Shown in pieces: positions 12,700 through 21,570 of a DNA stretch of 64,000 bases. This stretch comes from Monocercomonoides exilis PA203 (lineage: Eukaryota; Protista; Preaxostyla). The translations under genes were made by a program, and so were the position numbers. Within the stretch, counting starts at the first letter, position 1; every line of letters starts with the position of its first letter. The stretch covers positions 310,001 through 374,000 of the forward strand of contig LSRY02000001.1 of NCBI GenBank assembly GCA_001643675.2. Reading direction: 5' to 3'. The notes under the pieces were generated by a model, which was not told the DNA's origin, did not search any database, and worked only from the letters and a program-made list of their open reading frames with translations.

Positions 12700-14158
12700 T
12701 TATAGGTGCATTAAATAATCAGATAAGTTTTTTGGCACAAACATAAATGATGGATGAAATACAGCTTTTGGAAGTTTTTCATGAAAGCTAAAGATGGCAT
12801 CTTCATATCCTTCCTTTTCCAACTTTTCAAATATCTCCATTTTTGCTGCCTTTCTTTCCTCTTCTTCCTTTTCATCCTCCTCCTTTTCGTTCAGTCTTTC
12901 TGAAATATTCAAAAAAAATATGAAGCAATCTTCTTCCGTCATTCCATCTATTGCTGGCTGCAGAATCTCCTCCAACACTGCTTCAACAGCTCCCCCTTTC
13001 AATAAGTCATCAACCTTCGCGGCTCCCTTTTGTGCTGCAGTTTTCAATATACTAATAAACCATCTCCTAATATCTCTGTAATTATCTTTCGCAACTCGTA
13101 ATAATCGCGTTATGCTGCAGATAAGCCCTGCGAATTCTTCGTTCCACAAGTCGCAATTGATCAAGAAATTACCAATTGAAGAGAACCATCCAAAGAAAAT
13201 ATACAATTCTTTCTCTTCTTTTTTTCCTCTGTTTTCTTCTTTTTTCATCCAATCCACTTGCCTTGTCAACTCCACCAATTCTCTTTTAGCTTCTCTCACA
13301 AAATGCAGTTCGTTCGCAACCACTTCTTTAAAGCTTTTGTCGTTGAAAAATAATCTGTAACTCAAAAACAGCCAAGCCGATTGATAAGCAAGTTGCGTCA
13401 GATTGTGATGCTCCTGATGATGTTGAATAATCTCCTTGATTTCATCCAGGTAAAGTGCTTGGTTCACCCCCTGAAAATATGAGAGAGACAATTCAATAAC
13501 TTCAAAAATGAAATTGAAATTCTCAAACATAATGATCAATATTGCTCAAAGCTAGCAATACAATTTCCACTTCTTTTTGAATTTCCTCATTTTTTCCCTT
13601 CATCAACGCTTTTTTCAGAAGATGAGGCACGCAAATTGAAAGTAACTCAGGTGGAAAACCACGGCTTAGAGAAATATAGCATTCACAAAGATCAATCAGC
13701 AGATTTTCGTTCTTTTCGTCCTTTTTCTTCTCATCTTCTGCTATTATTATTAACTCTAATCTTTTATTCAATAAAGATTCTTTGAGGCCATCAATCCATA
13801 TATTTTTCAATTTCTTGCAATATCCAACATGCTTTAACAGCAAAGCTGCATTTTCCAAAGATATTTTCTTTTCTTCAATCATTTTTTCAAATTTATTGAA
13901 CTGTTCTTTGGTGAAAACATGTCTGAAATCATCTGTATTCATTTCATTAATCAGTTCTTTCATTTCCTCAATTTTCTGCTTCTGTTCATCTTCTCCGCAT
14001 TCTTCCATTTCACGAAGCAATTCTGCAAAAGGCATCCGAAAAAATAAAAGTTTGTTCAAAATTGTTCAAACCAAATAAAAGAACACACTTGAAAACTGCT
14101 CGGTTTTGGTCATTATCTGTATTCTGTCTTCATTTTTAACATTATTGCATGTACTCAT
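12700..14158 (-). CDS. Paralogue of the 10357-11749 family gene; 3 exons: 14158-14089, 14022-13529, 13470-12700
   Basis: Introns 14088-14023 and 13528-13471 (GT-AG) are at the same positions and phases as in the + strand copy; shared motifs EECGEDEQxQKIEE, EEIQKEVE, QEHHNLTxLAYxSAW, KIFEKxExEGYED. Confidence 0.8.
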
Positions 14159-14306
14159 TCTGCTTCTTGCACAATATGTTCAAAAAGAGAAAAAAAGTGT
14201 GACAAGTGGCAATATAAAAGAATAATACCAACAGTATTGATTATCTTGAAAAATAAAAATGATCGCAACGCAAACTATTACGTTTTTGATTAGAAAAGAA
14301 AACAAA

Positions 14307-14363
14307 CATTCAATTTCTTCTCTTCTTGTTGAGAGAGATGCCACTTTATGGGTCATGTCACTT
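14307..14363. repeat. DIRS element 3' inverted terminal repeat core (pairs with 18749-18805)
   Basis: CATTCAATTTCTTCTCTTCTTGTTGAGAGAGATGCCACTTTATGGGTCATGTCACTT is the exact reverse complement of 18749-18805. Confidence 0.95.
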
Positions 14364-14483
14364 GAAGTGATAAAAAGGCATGATGATATGAACTGATCTC
14401 AAAATACTTTGCGCCCTAAAAAACCGTTTTGGCGCGAGAAGAGAAAAAACATCAAAAGGGGTTGGGTAACAAAAGGGGTGGGC

Positions 14484-14586
14484 GAAGAGAAGAAATTGAA
14501 TGTTTGTTTTCTTTTCTAATTAAAATGCATAACATTTTAATTGTCAAGAAAACTTCCATTCAATTTCTTCTCTTCTTGTTGAGAGA
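14484..14586. repeat. DIRS internal complementary region (ICR)
   Basis: 14484-14520 is the reverse complement of terminus 14289-14325, and 14518-14586 is the reverse complement of terminus 18776-18844; the two halves abut at a shared AAT/ATT. Confidence 0.95.
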
Positions 14587-14591
14587 AAAAC

Positions 14592-17500
14592 TTAGTTGGA
14601 AGCTGTTGCTTTGCCATCTGGACTTCGACAGAAGGAGCGGAAATCATATGTCTTGGACTCTCTTTTGGCTTGTGCCCTTGTGCGAATAATGAAAATGTCC
14701 TTTTCTTCTTCTTGACTGTGCTGTTCACCATTCAATGCGTCTTGAGTTCTATCGTCCTCTCCTGGAATATGCGACTTCTTTCCTCTTGTCCTTGTCATCC
14801 TGACGGTCTTCGTTTTTACTTCTTCCACCAACTCCTCCATAGATGCCTCAACTTCTTCACACTTGGATTCCTTTTCTGAAAGGGTTCCATCAGTGGATTG
14901 TTCTCTTTTTTCTTCCTCTTCATCACTAACTATCGGCCTTTCTTCCTTATCACAATCACCAATCTTCTGTTCCTTCATTGTTCCAGCAATTACTCGCGCC
15001 ATTGACGTTGCCAAATTGGTCCTGAAATAGTGCTTAACCAGAGTATTTGTTTTCGGTGAAAGCCTTGCAAACTTGGCAATCTGTGAAGGCGGGATTCCTG
15101 CCATTGTTAATGTTGACAAGGTTGCTGCCTTTAAAGAGTACGGCTTGAATCTCTGAGGAACTCCTGCAAGCTTCATTGCCTCCTTAGCTAACTTGCGGAT
15201 ACCCGAAGCAGTCAGTGGCTCGAATGTTGTAGTATTGAGCAGAAGTTTGTTGCTGTTCTGTTTTTGTTTTACCAGGAAATACAAATCCTTAATTGCAGAA
15301 GCTGGACAAATAAGTGGGAGATCGGGCAGAAAAGGAACTGCAATCTCTGACCGTGTGTGTGATGTTTTCAACACTGTGTCCAAATATACACCTTCCTCTT
15401 CAAACCGAGAGTTCTCCATGTTGACACGCTCCAATTCTGTAAATCTGCAGGCAGAGAAGAGCATTGTCAAGGTGATAACCTTCATTGTTAATGTCTTGAA
15501 AGATAACTTGTTGTTTGGGCCTAACTCGGTGAAGTATTTTAACAAAACATTCGGATTCCAAATCTCTGGAGCCATCTTCTTTCTTGATGTGTCGTTTCTT
15601 CGAAATGCTCTGAATAGGATCCTGATGATTGCAATATCTCCCAATGCTGTATTGAAAGCTAGAACCGAATAAAATGACACTGCTGCTCTTACCATCTGTA
15701 TAACAGAAACCTTGAATCCTCTATTCTTCATTGTCAAAAATACATCTGCGCATTTGACGGTCCAGTCAGGTAAGTTGTCTGGTATATGCCCATGGGCACA
15801 CTTCTTCCACTGGTCTGAAAAGTGTGCGAAACAGAATAGATACCCATCCCATGTCGTTTGTGCGATTCCAGCCTTGCACTCCTCGGCGAGCTCCAAGCGG
15901 ACATTTCTTTCATGAAGCGCGTGCATCCACCAGGCTTCACCTCTCTTCTTGATGGATTCAGCAAGATCACTTTCATCTTCCCTGGAGGAAGGCAGGCTCC
16001 CGTCCTCTTCATCCATGGCCCCTCCAGAAGAATCTTGGAGCTGTAATTCAACTCCAAGCTGTAATAATTGCTCGTTCGAAGAAGGATGTCCCAATTCTGA
16101 CCCTTCCAGCTCGGCAGGAGTATAATCGCTCGAGCTTTCTCCATCTGAGCCTTTCGTATTACCATCGGAATCAGAGGTATCGGTGGATGAGCTAGAACAC
16201 ACTCGTTGCTCCAAGGAACTGTCAATCCGTCTTCGGCAATTGGACTGCCTACTCCACACCATCTTTCCACTTTGTGATTGTGTTCCGATGCAAAAGCATC
16301 GAGAGTCGGTCTCACTTTCAACTGTGCAAGAAACTCTTCGAGTGCTTCGTCCTTTATTTCGTAGTCGCCTGCCCTTTCCAATCGTGACAGCGCATCTGCT
16401 CTGTGGTTCTTTCTTCCTGGAAGATGTCGTGCTTTTATTGTCAGATTCCTCTCCTCCGTCCATTTCCATATCTTGCGTAACACTGGTCGAAGATTCTTCC
16501 CAGCGCTCCAACGATTTATGTTGTAAACCACTGAGCTGTTGTCCGAACGAAGCAACAGATGGGATATTTTGTTTTCTTGAATTGTCCGAGAAAAATGGCG
16601 AAGCGCTTGCAAAACAGCTAGTTGTTCTCTGAAGTTGGATGATTGGCGGCGGGCATAGTTGGGGAACTTGGCGTGCCAATCCATAATATTGTTGTTCACT
16701 CTGAATGTTGCACCCCATGCTGTTTCCGCAGCATCTGTCGTTAACACAGCCTGGGGAATAAACACTGGTTGTAATGTTCTCCGTCGATTCCGGCTCAACA
16801 TCCATTGCCACTCCTGCATTTCCCTCAACACTGAAGCATTCATCCTCATTGTCATGTTCCATCCGTATGTCTTCACGTTCCTCTGCAGAAGACGATGATG
16901 AGCTGCAAGGTGAAGTGACGCATCCTGGTATACGAATCTTACAGCGCTGAGCTTTCCAATTGCTGAGGCAAAATCCTTTATTCGAACTGTTTTGGCTCTT
17001 ATTGCCTTCACTCTCCATTGACTCAGCATCGCTTTGAGAGATCCCAACCTCTCCTCGCTTAATTGAACAGTGAATGTTTCTGTGTCCCATGCAAATCCCA
17101 GAAAAGCGAACTTTCTCCCCGGGGTTAATGAACACTTTTTCTTGTTGATAATCAAGCCCAGATTTTCCAAAAATCGAATCACCTCGCTTGTGATCTCTTT
17201 CAACATGTTGAAATCTTGATGCAGGAGAATCAGATCGTCCAAGTATGATATCACTCTCACTTTCCATTTTCTTTTGATTTCCGTTGTGACTTTTTTCATG
17301 ACTTTTGTGAAATACCTTGGCGCATCTGTGTAGCCGAACGGCATGCCGTTGAAAGCATAATCGATGCCTTCGAATCTGAACGTCAGATAAGGTCTGAGTT
17401 CGTTTGAAACAGGAATTAGATAATAGGCTTGAGACAAATCCATTGTCACAGCGAAGTCGTTCCTGATTATCAATTTTTCGACAGTTCTTTCGTTCTCGCA

Positions 17501-18056
17501 TTTGAAATGCGATTTCGTCATTGCAGCGTTCAGCATTCGGCAATCCAAAATCTGCCTCCAGGCTCCGGACTTCTTTCGAATGAGGAAAATACTGTTCCGA
17601 AATTTCACCTCTTTGGGAGGAATTCTGCTCACAATCCCTGTTTCCAGCTGCTCCTTCAATTCTTTTTGAAAAGCAATCTTTTGGTTCATGCTCATTTGCG
17701 CTGCTCCGTCCCTGGTTTTTATCTTTTCCAAACCATCTCTTGCTCTGCGATTGCGCCAATGCGCCTGGACTCCATTTTTTATTAGTTTTCCTCCGTCGAT
17801 TTTTCTCCATTCTTGAATATAGTTTGCTGTCCGACCTCCTATCTTTCCAGCCTCCAAAGTCCTTCTCGTCTGAGCTTCTTCTAATTCTTCTGCATTCCCG
17901 CGGTTCGTCCCGAGGAGCTTCTCTTCCAATAATCTCTCCTTGCTCCAGTGCTTCGAAACATGGACGACCGGGGTCTTCCCTGAAAAAACTGTTTTCCTCT
18001 GGTAGTTGGTGGCCTCGGGTTATATTTTTGAAAGGAACTGCTCTTTGAAGAAGCAT
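14592..18056 (-). CDS. DIRS ORF3: tyrosine recombinase (C-terminal part) with a long N-terminal extension overlapping the RT ORF
   Basis: WNPNVLL...LTMKVITLTMLFSACRFTEL...LKT...ICPASAI...PYSLKAATLS...KFARLS...KHY is a DIRS-like integrase fold; stop lies 6 nt from the ICR. True start codon uncertain. Confidence 0.85.
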   Translation of the reverse strand: MLLQRAVPFKNITRGHQLPEENSFFREDPGRPCFEALEQGEIIGREAPRDEPRECRRIRRSSDEKDFGGWKDRRSDSKLYSRMEKNRRRKTNKKWSPGALAQSQSKRWFGKDKNQGRSSANEHEPKDCFSKRIEGAAGNRDCEQNSSQRGEISEQYFPHSKEVRSLEADFGLPNAERCNDEIAFQMRERKNCRKIDNQERLRCDNGFVSSLLSNSCFKRTQTLSDVQIRRHRLCFQRHAVRLHRCAKVFHKSHEKSHNGNQKKMESESDIILGRSDSPASRFQHVERDHKRGDSIFGKSGLDYQQEKVFINPGEKVRFSGICMGHRNIHCSIKRGEVGISQSDAESMESEGNKSQNSSNKGFCLSNWKAQRCKIRIPGCVTSPCSSSSSSAEEREDIRMEHDNEDECFSVEGNAGVAMDVEPESTENITTSVYSPGCVNDRCCGNSMGCNIQSEQQYYGLARQVPQLCPPPIIQLQRTTSCFASASPFFSDNSRKQNIPSVASFGQQLSGLQHKSLERWEESSTSVTQDMEMDGGEESDNKSTTSSRKKEPQSRCAVTIGKGRRLRNKGRSTRRVSCTVESETDSRCFCIGTQSQSGKMVWSRQSNCRRRIDSSLEQRVCSSSSTDTSDSDGNTKGSDGESSSDYTPAELEGSELGHPSSNEQLLQLGVELQLQDSSGGAMDEEDGSLPSSREDESDLAESIKKRGEAWWMHALHERNVRLELAEECKAGIAQTTWDGYLFCFAHFSDQWKKCAHGHIPDNLPDWTVKCADVFLTMKNRGFKVSVIQMVRAAVSFYSVLAFNTALGDIAIIRILFRAFRRNDTSRKKMAPEIWNPNVLLKYFTELGPNNKLSFKTLTMKVITLTMLFSACRFTELERVNMENSRFEEEGVYLDTVLKTSHTRSEIAVPFLPDLPLICPASAIKDLYFLVKQKQNSNKLLLNTTTFEPLTASGIRKLAKEAMKLAGVPQRFKPYSLKAATLSTLTMAGIPPSQIAKFARLSPKTNTLVKHYFRTNLATSMARVIAGTMKEQKIGDCDKEERPIVSDEEEEKREQSTDGTLSEKESKCEEVEASMEELVEEVKTKTVRMTRTRGKKSHIPGEDDRTQDALNGEQHSQEEEKDIFIIRTRAQAKRESKTYDFRSFCRSPDGKATASN
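15734..17929 (-). CDS. DIRS ORF2: reverse transcriptase - RNase H - methyltransferase-like domain
   Basis: IFLIRKKSGAWRQILDCRMLN, MDLSQAYY, MPFG, YLDD; RNase H residues TTDAA/NFREQ/RSDN/ADALSR; MT-like LDAFAS...DGL..PW...AHPP...IILLPSW. The frame is open upstream to ~18017; translation start unclear. Confidence 0.93.
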   Translation of the reverse strand: MEEKLLGTNRGNAEELEEAQTRRTLEAGKIGGRTANYIQEWRKIDGGKLIKNGVQAHWRNRRARDGLEKIKTRDGAAQMSMNQKIAFQKELKEQLETGIVSRIPPKEVKFRNSIFLIRKKSGAWRQILDCRMLNAAMTKSHFKCENERTVEKLIIRNDFAVTMDLSQAYYLIPVSNELRPYLTFRFEGIDYAFNGMPFGYTDAPRYFTKVMKKVTTEIKRKWKVRVISYLDDLILLHQDFNMLKEITSEVIRFLENLGLIINKKKCSLTPGRKFAFLGFAWDTETFTVQLSEERLGSLKAMLSQWRVKAIRAKTVRIKDFASAIGKLSAVRFVYQDASLHLAAHHRLLQRNVKTYGWNMTMRMNASVLREMQEWQWMLSRNRRRTLQPVFIPQAVLTTDAAETAWGATFRVNNNIMDWHAKFPNYARRQSSNFREQLAVLQALRHFSRTIQENKISHLLLRSDNSSVVYNINRWSAGKNLRPVLRKIWKWTEERNLTIKARHLPGRKNHRADALSRLERAGDYEIKDEALEEFLAQLKVRPTLDAFASEHNHKVERWCGVGSPIAEDGLTVPWSNECVLAHPPIPLIPMVIRKAQMEKARAIILLPSWKGQNWDILLRTSNYYSLELNYSSKILLEGPWMKRTGACLPPGKMKVILLNPSRREVKPGGCTRFMKEMSAWSSPRSARLESHKRHGMGIYSVSHTFQTSGRSVPMGIYQTTYLTGPSNAQMYF

Positions 18057-18735
18057 AAATATATGCAGGTCCCTGTTGCTTCTTCTGCTCTTTTGATAGT
18101 TCTTCCAATATCTGTGCCTGACGCTGGGTCAACAGGCCTCCTGATGGTTCTGAGTCCATCTTTTCTGCTGCGCGAAAACCGAATCTTCCTTCAATTCTGC
18201 ACTTCCTTGCTTCATGAAGTGCTTGGGAAACCATTAGAATTGCGTCCTTTATCATACGTTCGTGGCTCTCTGCTTCCTCGCTCTTGACTTGAAGCGCCAT
18301 TAGCAACGCCTTAAATGTAGGATACAAGAATTTCTCTACTCGTTCACCTGCTCTGTCTAAGGCATCCCGATACCAAAATGACGTTCTGCTTGATGCTGGA
18401 GGAGATGCATGTAAAACCGGGCTGAAATCCTGTTCATTGTAGCACGTTGCAATGTCCTCCAACATCGTCTTCGGCATTCGTAAATCAAAAAGGGAAGTTG
18501 TTGGTTCGACACCAAATATTGATTTGAACAAATCATCAATACTTCGAGAATCTGTGGCTTCGGATAAGATGGGAGAAGGCTGTAGCTCTTCTTCAGCATG
18601 TGAAAAGATATTTGAAGAAACTGTTGGCATTTGTGAGCTACTGCATTGGGAACTCGTTGGCCCACTGATCTGCATAGCAGAACCAATTGAAGGTGCGAGT
18701 CCGGCTTGCAATGGAGCTTGTGGGGTGCTAAACAT
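17881..18735 (-). CDS. DIRS ORF1: putative Gag-like protein (284 aa)
   Basis: First ORF of the element, with its ATG 14 nt inside the 5' ITR; helical core and basic Arg/Ser-rich C-terminus; called by position only. Confidence 0.7.
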   Translation of the reverse strand: MFSTPQAPLQAGLAPSIGSAMQISGPTSSQCSSSQMPTVSSNIFSHAEEELQPSPILSEATDSRSIDDLFKSIFGVEPTTSLFDLRMPKTMLEDIATCYNEQDFSPVLHASPPASSRTSFWYRDALDRAGERVEKFLYPTFKALLMALQVKSEEAESHERMIKDAILMVSQALHEARKCRIEGRFGFRAAEKMDSEPSGGLLTQRQAQILEELSKEQKKQQGPAYIYASSKSSSFQKYNPRPPTTRGKQFFQGRPRSSMFRSTGARRDYWKRSSSGRTAGMQKN

Positions 18736-18748
18736 TTTTGATCACGAA

Positions 18749-18805
18749 AAGTGACATGACCCATAAAGTGGCATCTCTCTCAACAAGAAGAGAAGAAATT
18801 GAATG
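18749..18805. repeat. DIRS element 5' inverted terminal repeat core
   Basis: Exact reverse complement of 14307-14363. Confidence 0.95.
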
Positions 18806-19825
18806 GAAGTTTTCTTGACAATTAAAATGTTATGCATTTTAATTGAAAAAAATGGTACAAAAGAAAATGCAAAGTAGCCACAAGAATTTGCTGCGTAATG
18901 CTTGAAACGGAAATCTCTTGTTTTTTTTTTGATCCTTCCAACAGATTATTTGAAGAATGAAATTTTTTCTATTCTTCATTTTCAATTTGAATGATAGCAT
19001 TTCTAATTTTGAAATGAAATATATTTCAAATATTTGAGTGCAGAGAAAAGGGGGAACAGAAAAACAAAATGAGTGAACGGAATAGGTTTTCAGTTGTTTT
19101 TTTATGAAAAAGAATGAGACCGAAAAAAAAAAAAAACAAGTGATTGTTGAATGTTTGACAAATTTTGATAGAACGCTATGAGACAGGTTTGCTCCGAGAT
19201 AATGAGTATTGATCACGATTTTTGGGTGGTTTAAGCGAGAACTTCTCCCTCCCAAATATGACGTGGAAAAAAAGGGCGAGATGAGAATACAGACAAAAAC
19301 ATTTAAGCAATAAAAAGTATATTATGAATTGTCCTCTTCACTTCACCGACGACTTCGCCTTTTTGCCATGGTCTCGAAGACCAGAGGGCAGGGGGTATAC
19401 CCCTCGGAGCTCCCTCCTGCAGGCTGTGCAGGGATCCGGTGAGGCGAAAGTTAAAAACGGAGCAGAAAGAAAAACCACTCTTGCTTTCACGAGGCGTGGA
19501 AAAGAAAACTGCGTGCACTCTGTTCTGCCTCCCACTCTTCTGCTGCATCAGCAGAGCAACCCCAATCATCACACACTGCATATTAAATGTTTAATTCTTC
19601 TCTTTGCAACTTGTTCGACAACATTTTAAGGAGTGGGATTATTCTTAAAGTTATTCATTCTTTCCATGTTTCTTTATCCAGGTTATCGGTGCACCCTTGT
19701 GACTTCGGGCGGTTGATCTTTCTTTCATCTTTTGAACATCTCGCCACTTTTTCTCGTCATCCTCTCTCTAGGATGCATCTCTTCATCACACACAGCCGCT
19801 TTAAGTCTCTCCATCCGCGTTCGTA

Positions 19826-19920
19826 TTATTTCGGAGCAAACCTGTCTCACTGCGTTCAATCAATTCGCAATAGAGCGAATCGACGAACTCAAGGAGCAGG
19901 TTTGCTCCTCAATAATGAAT
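19826..19920. repeat. ICR of the second DIRS-type element
   Basis: First half is complementary to 19165-19203 and second half to ~49752-49809 (few mismatches); the halves join at a shared CAA/TTG. Confidence 0.85.
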
Positions 19921-20529
19921 TTTGAAAGCCCTTTTGTTGTATTTTTATTTTTCCTTAATTTAATATTTATTTATATATTTATAATGATCAAAACCCTCCT
20001 ATCCAGCACGTCATCGTGCGGCGGATGTTAAGAGAGCCTGCGGATGAAAGTGCGGATCCTATCTCTACTCCCTCCCTTTCTTGGGGTGTTACCGAGGCGT
20101 TCTCGACCGGGAATTCGTTTCTCTTGAGTTCTTTAACATCTAATCCTGACTTTTCACACCGTGCTTCCTCCGGTCTGCGCCCTTCTTTCTCTGTTAGGCA
20201 GTGTGTTTGCTTCCAGTCAGCTCGCTTGCGCTGCTGGGAATTATGAGAGGTGTTCTCCGACGCTAGGGTGGTTGGGATGAGTTGTGTTGTGATTGAGATA
20301 TTTCTCTTTGCTTTCTCTCTTCCCAACTCGGAAAGTTTAGTCTCTTTAACTTCTTTCCTTTTCTCATATCTTCTTCACCGCCAGCTTCTGATATCATTTC
20401 TGTGCATTCTTTCATCTCTAAATTCATTTTCTCGATGCTCATTTCCTTTCTTACTTGACACTTCTCCGACTTTTCCACTTCTCCCGTTTGGGGCCCAGGA
20501 CTTTCAATTGTCTCCAGGATTTATTTCGT

Positions 20530-21570
20530 ATCTTGAACCGGTAAACCGTAAAGTATTCCTGTGCCACTCTTGAACCCGGTCCACATTTCGTGTGTGCATT
20601 TACTGCTTTCCAAACCGAACCTTTTCTTTTCGATATGCGAATAATAACTTTATGTCTAATTCAGAACTCTGTGAAAGGATCGTGTATTTCATTCTCTCTC
20701 AGGACAGCTACTAATTATTCTATATTTTCCTGCAAATTAGCAGATTGATTCTCTCAAATATCATATGATGCGAGTTCATCTCAAAAATTCGTCTCAATCA
20801 AACAAATCCATCGTTGGAGTGCTCAAACAGCATCGATACGTGGGTAAAAATAAATATTTGTGACAACATTTAAAGTCTCCCCTCCTGATGTCTTTGTTTG
20901 AACCAGCGTCAGCACTGAATAATAACCAAGTGTAGTGCTTCTCAAACACATTCTTTCCAGCTCCGCTGGTCTTAACGCTCCAAAAATCATAGTGAGGATG
21001 AGGGCTCTTCTTTGGAGTATTTGTGGGTCAATGGATCTCTTTGTGGCTTCAGCCCATTTCGTGATGATTGTCAAGTCCCACATCGATTTGTATCGTTTGC
21101 CATTTCTCGTCTTATCTCCCACATAAGTCTTTAGAAATATTTCTGTGTCTTTCACATCAATCTTAGTCTCTCTGAATAGATTTATAGAATCCAGTACTTT
21201 CCGAACTGTCTGATTAATCACTCCACTTTAAAGATTCGTATTCGACAGGTTCTCAATAAATCTTGCCACAATTCACTTGGCGTCTTTTGTTGTGAGGGGG
21301 GTCAGTGCCATCCATGCTTTCTCTATCCAAAAATTGCTTAAATCTTCGCAGCGCTCTCCACGTATCTCTTTCACTCTTTTGATTTCTAAGTATTGCTGCT
21401 GCTATATCCTTTGCTCCAATGAATTCTCCCCACGCTATAAAGAGTTGACTTTCTTGGGTATTTTCCTCTCCAGCATAACGCTCATAACATCTCCTGGGGG
21501 TAACTTCCAGCCTAACCTTCTCATCTCTTTTGAGGTCAATCCAATGTTTCTCAAAAACGGACTGGCACAA
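20530..21570 (-). pseudogene. Decayed tyrosine recombinase of the second DIRS-type element
   Basis: SMWDL...LQRRALILTMIFGALRPAELERM...QTKT aligns with the YR of the first element (EIWNP...LTMKVITLTMLFSACRFTELERV...VLKT); downstream F*IRH...AQEYF carries several stops. Confidence 0.75.

Larger units (their letters stand above)
14289..18844 (-). mobile_element. Complete DIRS-type (tyrosine recombinase) retrotransposon, 4556 bp
   Basis: gag-like, RT-RNaseH-MT and YR ORFs are all uninterrupted; 57-bp ITRs; ICR complementary to both termini; ATT trinucleotide at both ends; no TSD. Confidence 0.95.

Noticed and set aside
19351-19452. tRNA or hammerhead ribozyme call for the cloverleaf-like structure
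   Set aside because: No TTCRA T-loop in the correct position, no anticodon-arm geometry and no CTGAnGA/GAAA core; kept only as an unknown structure.
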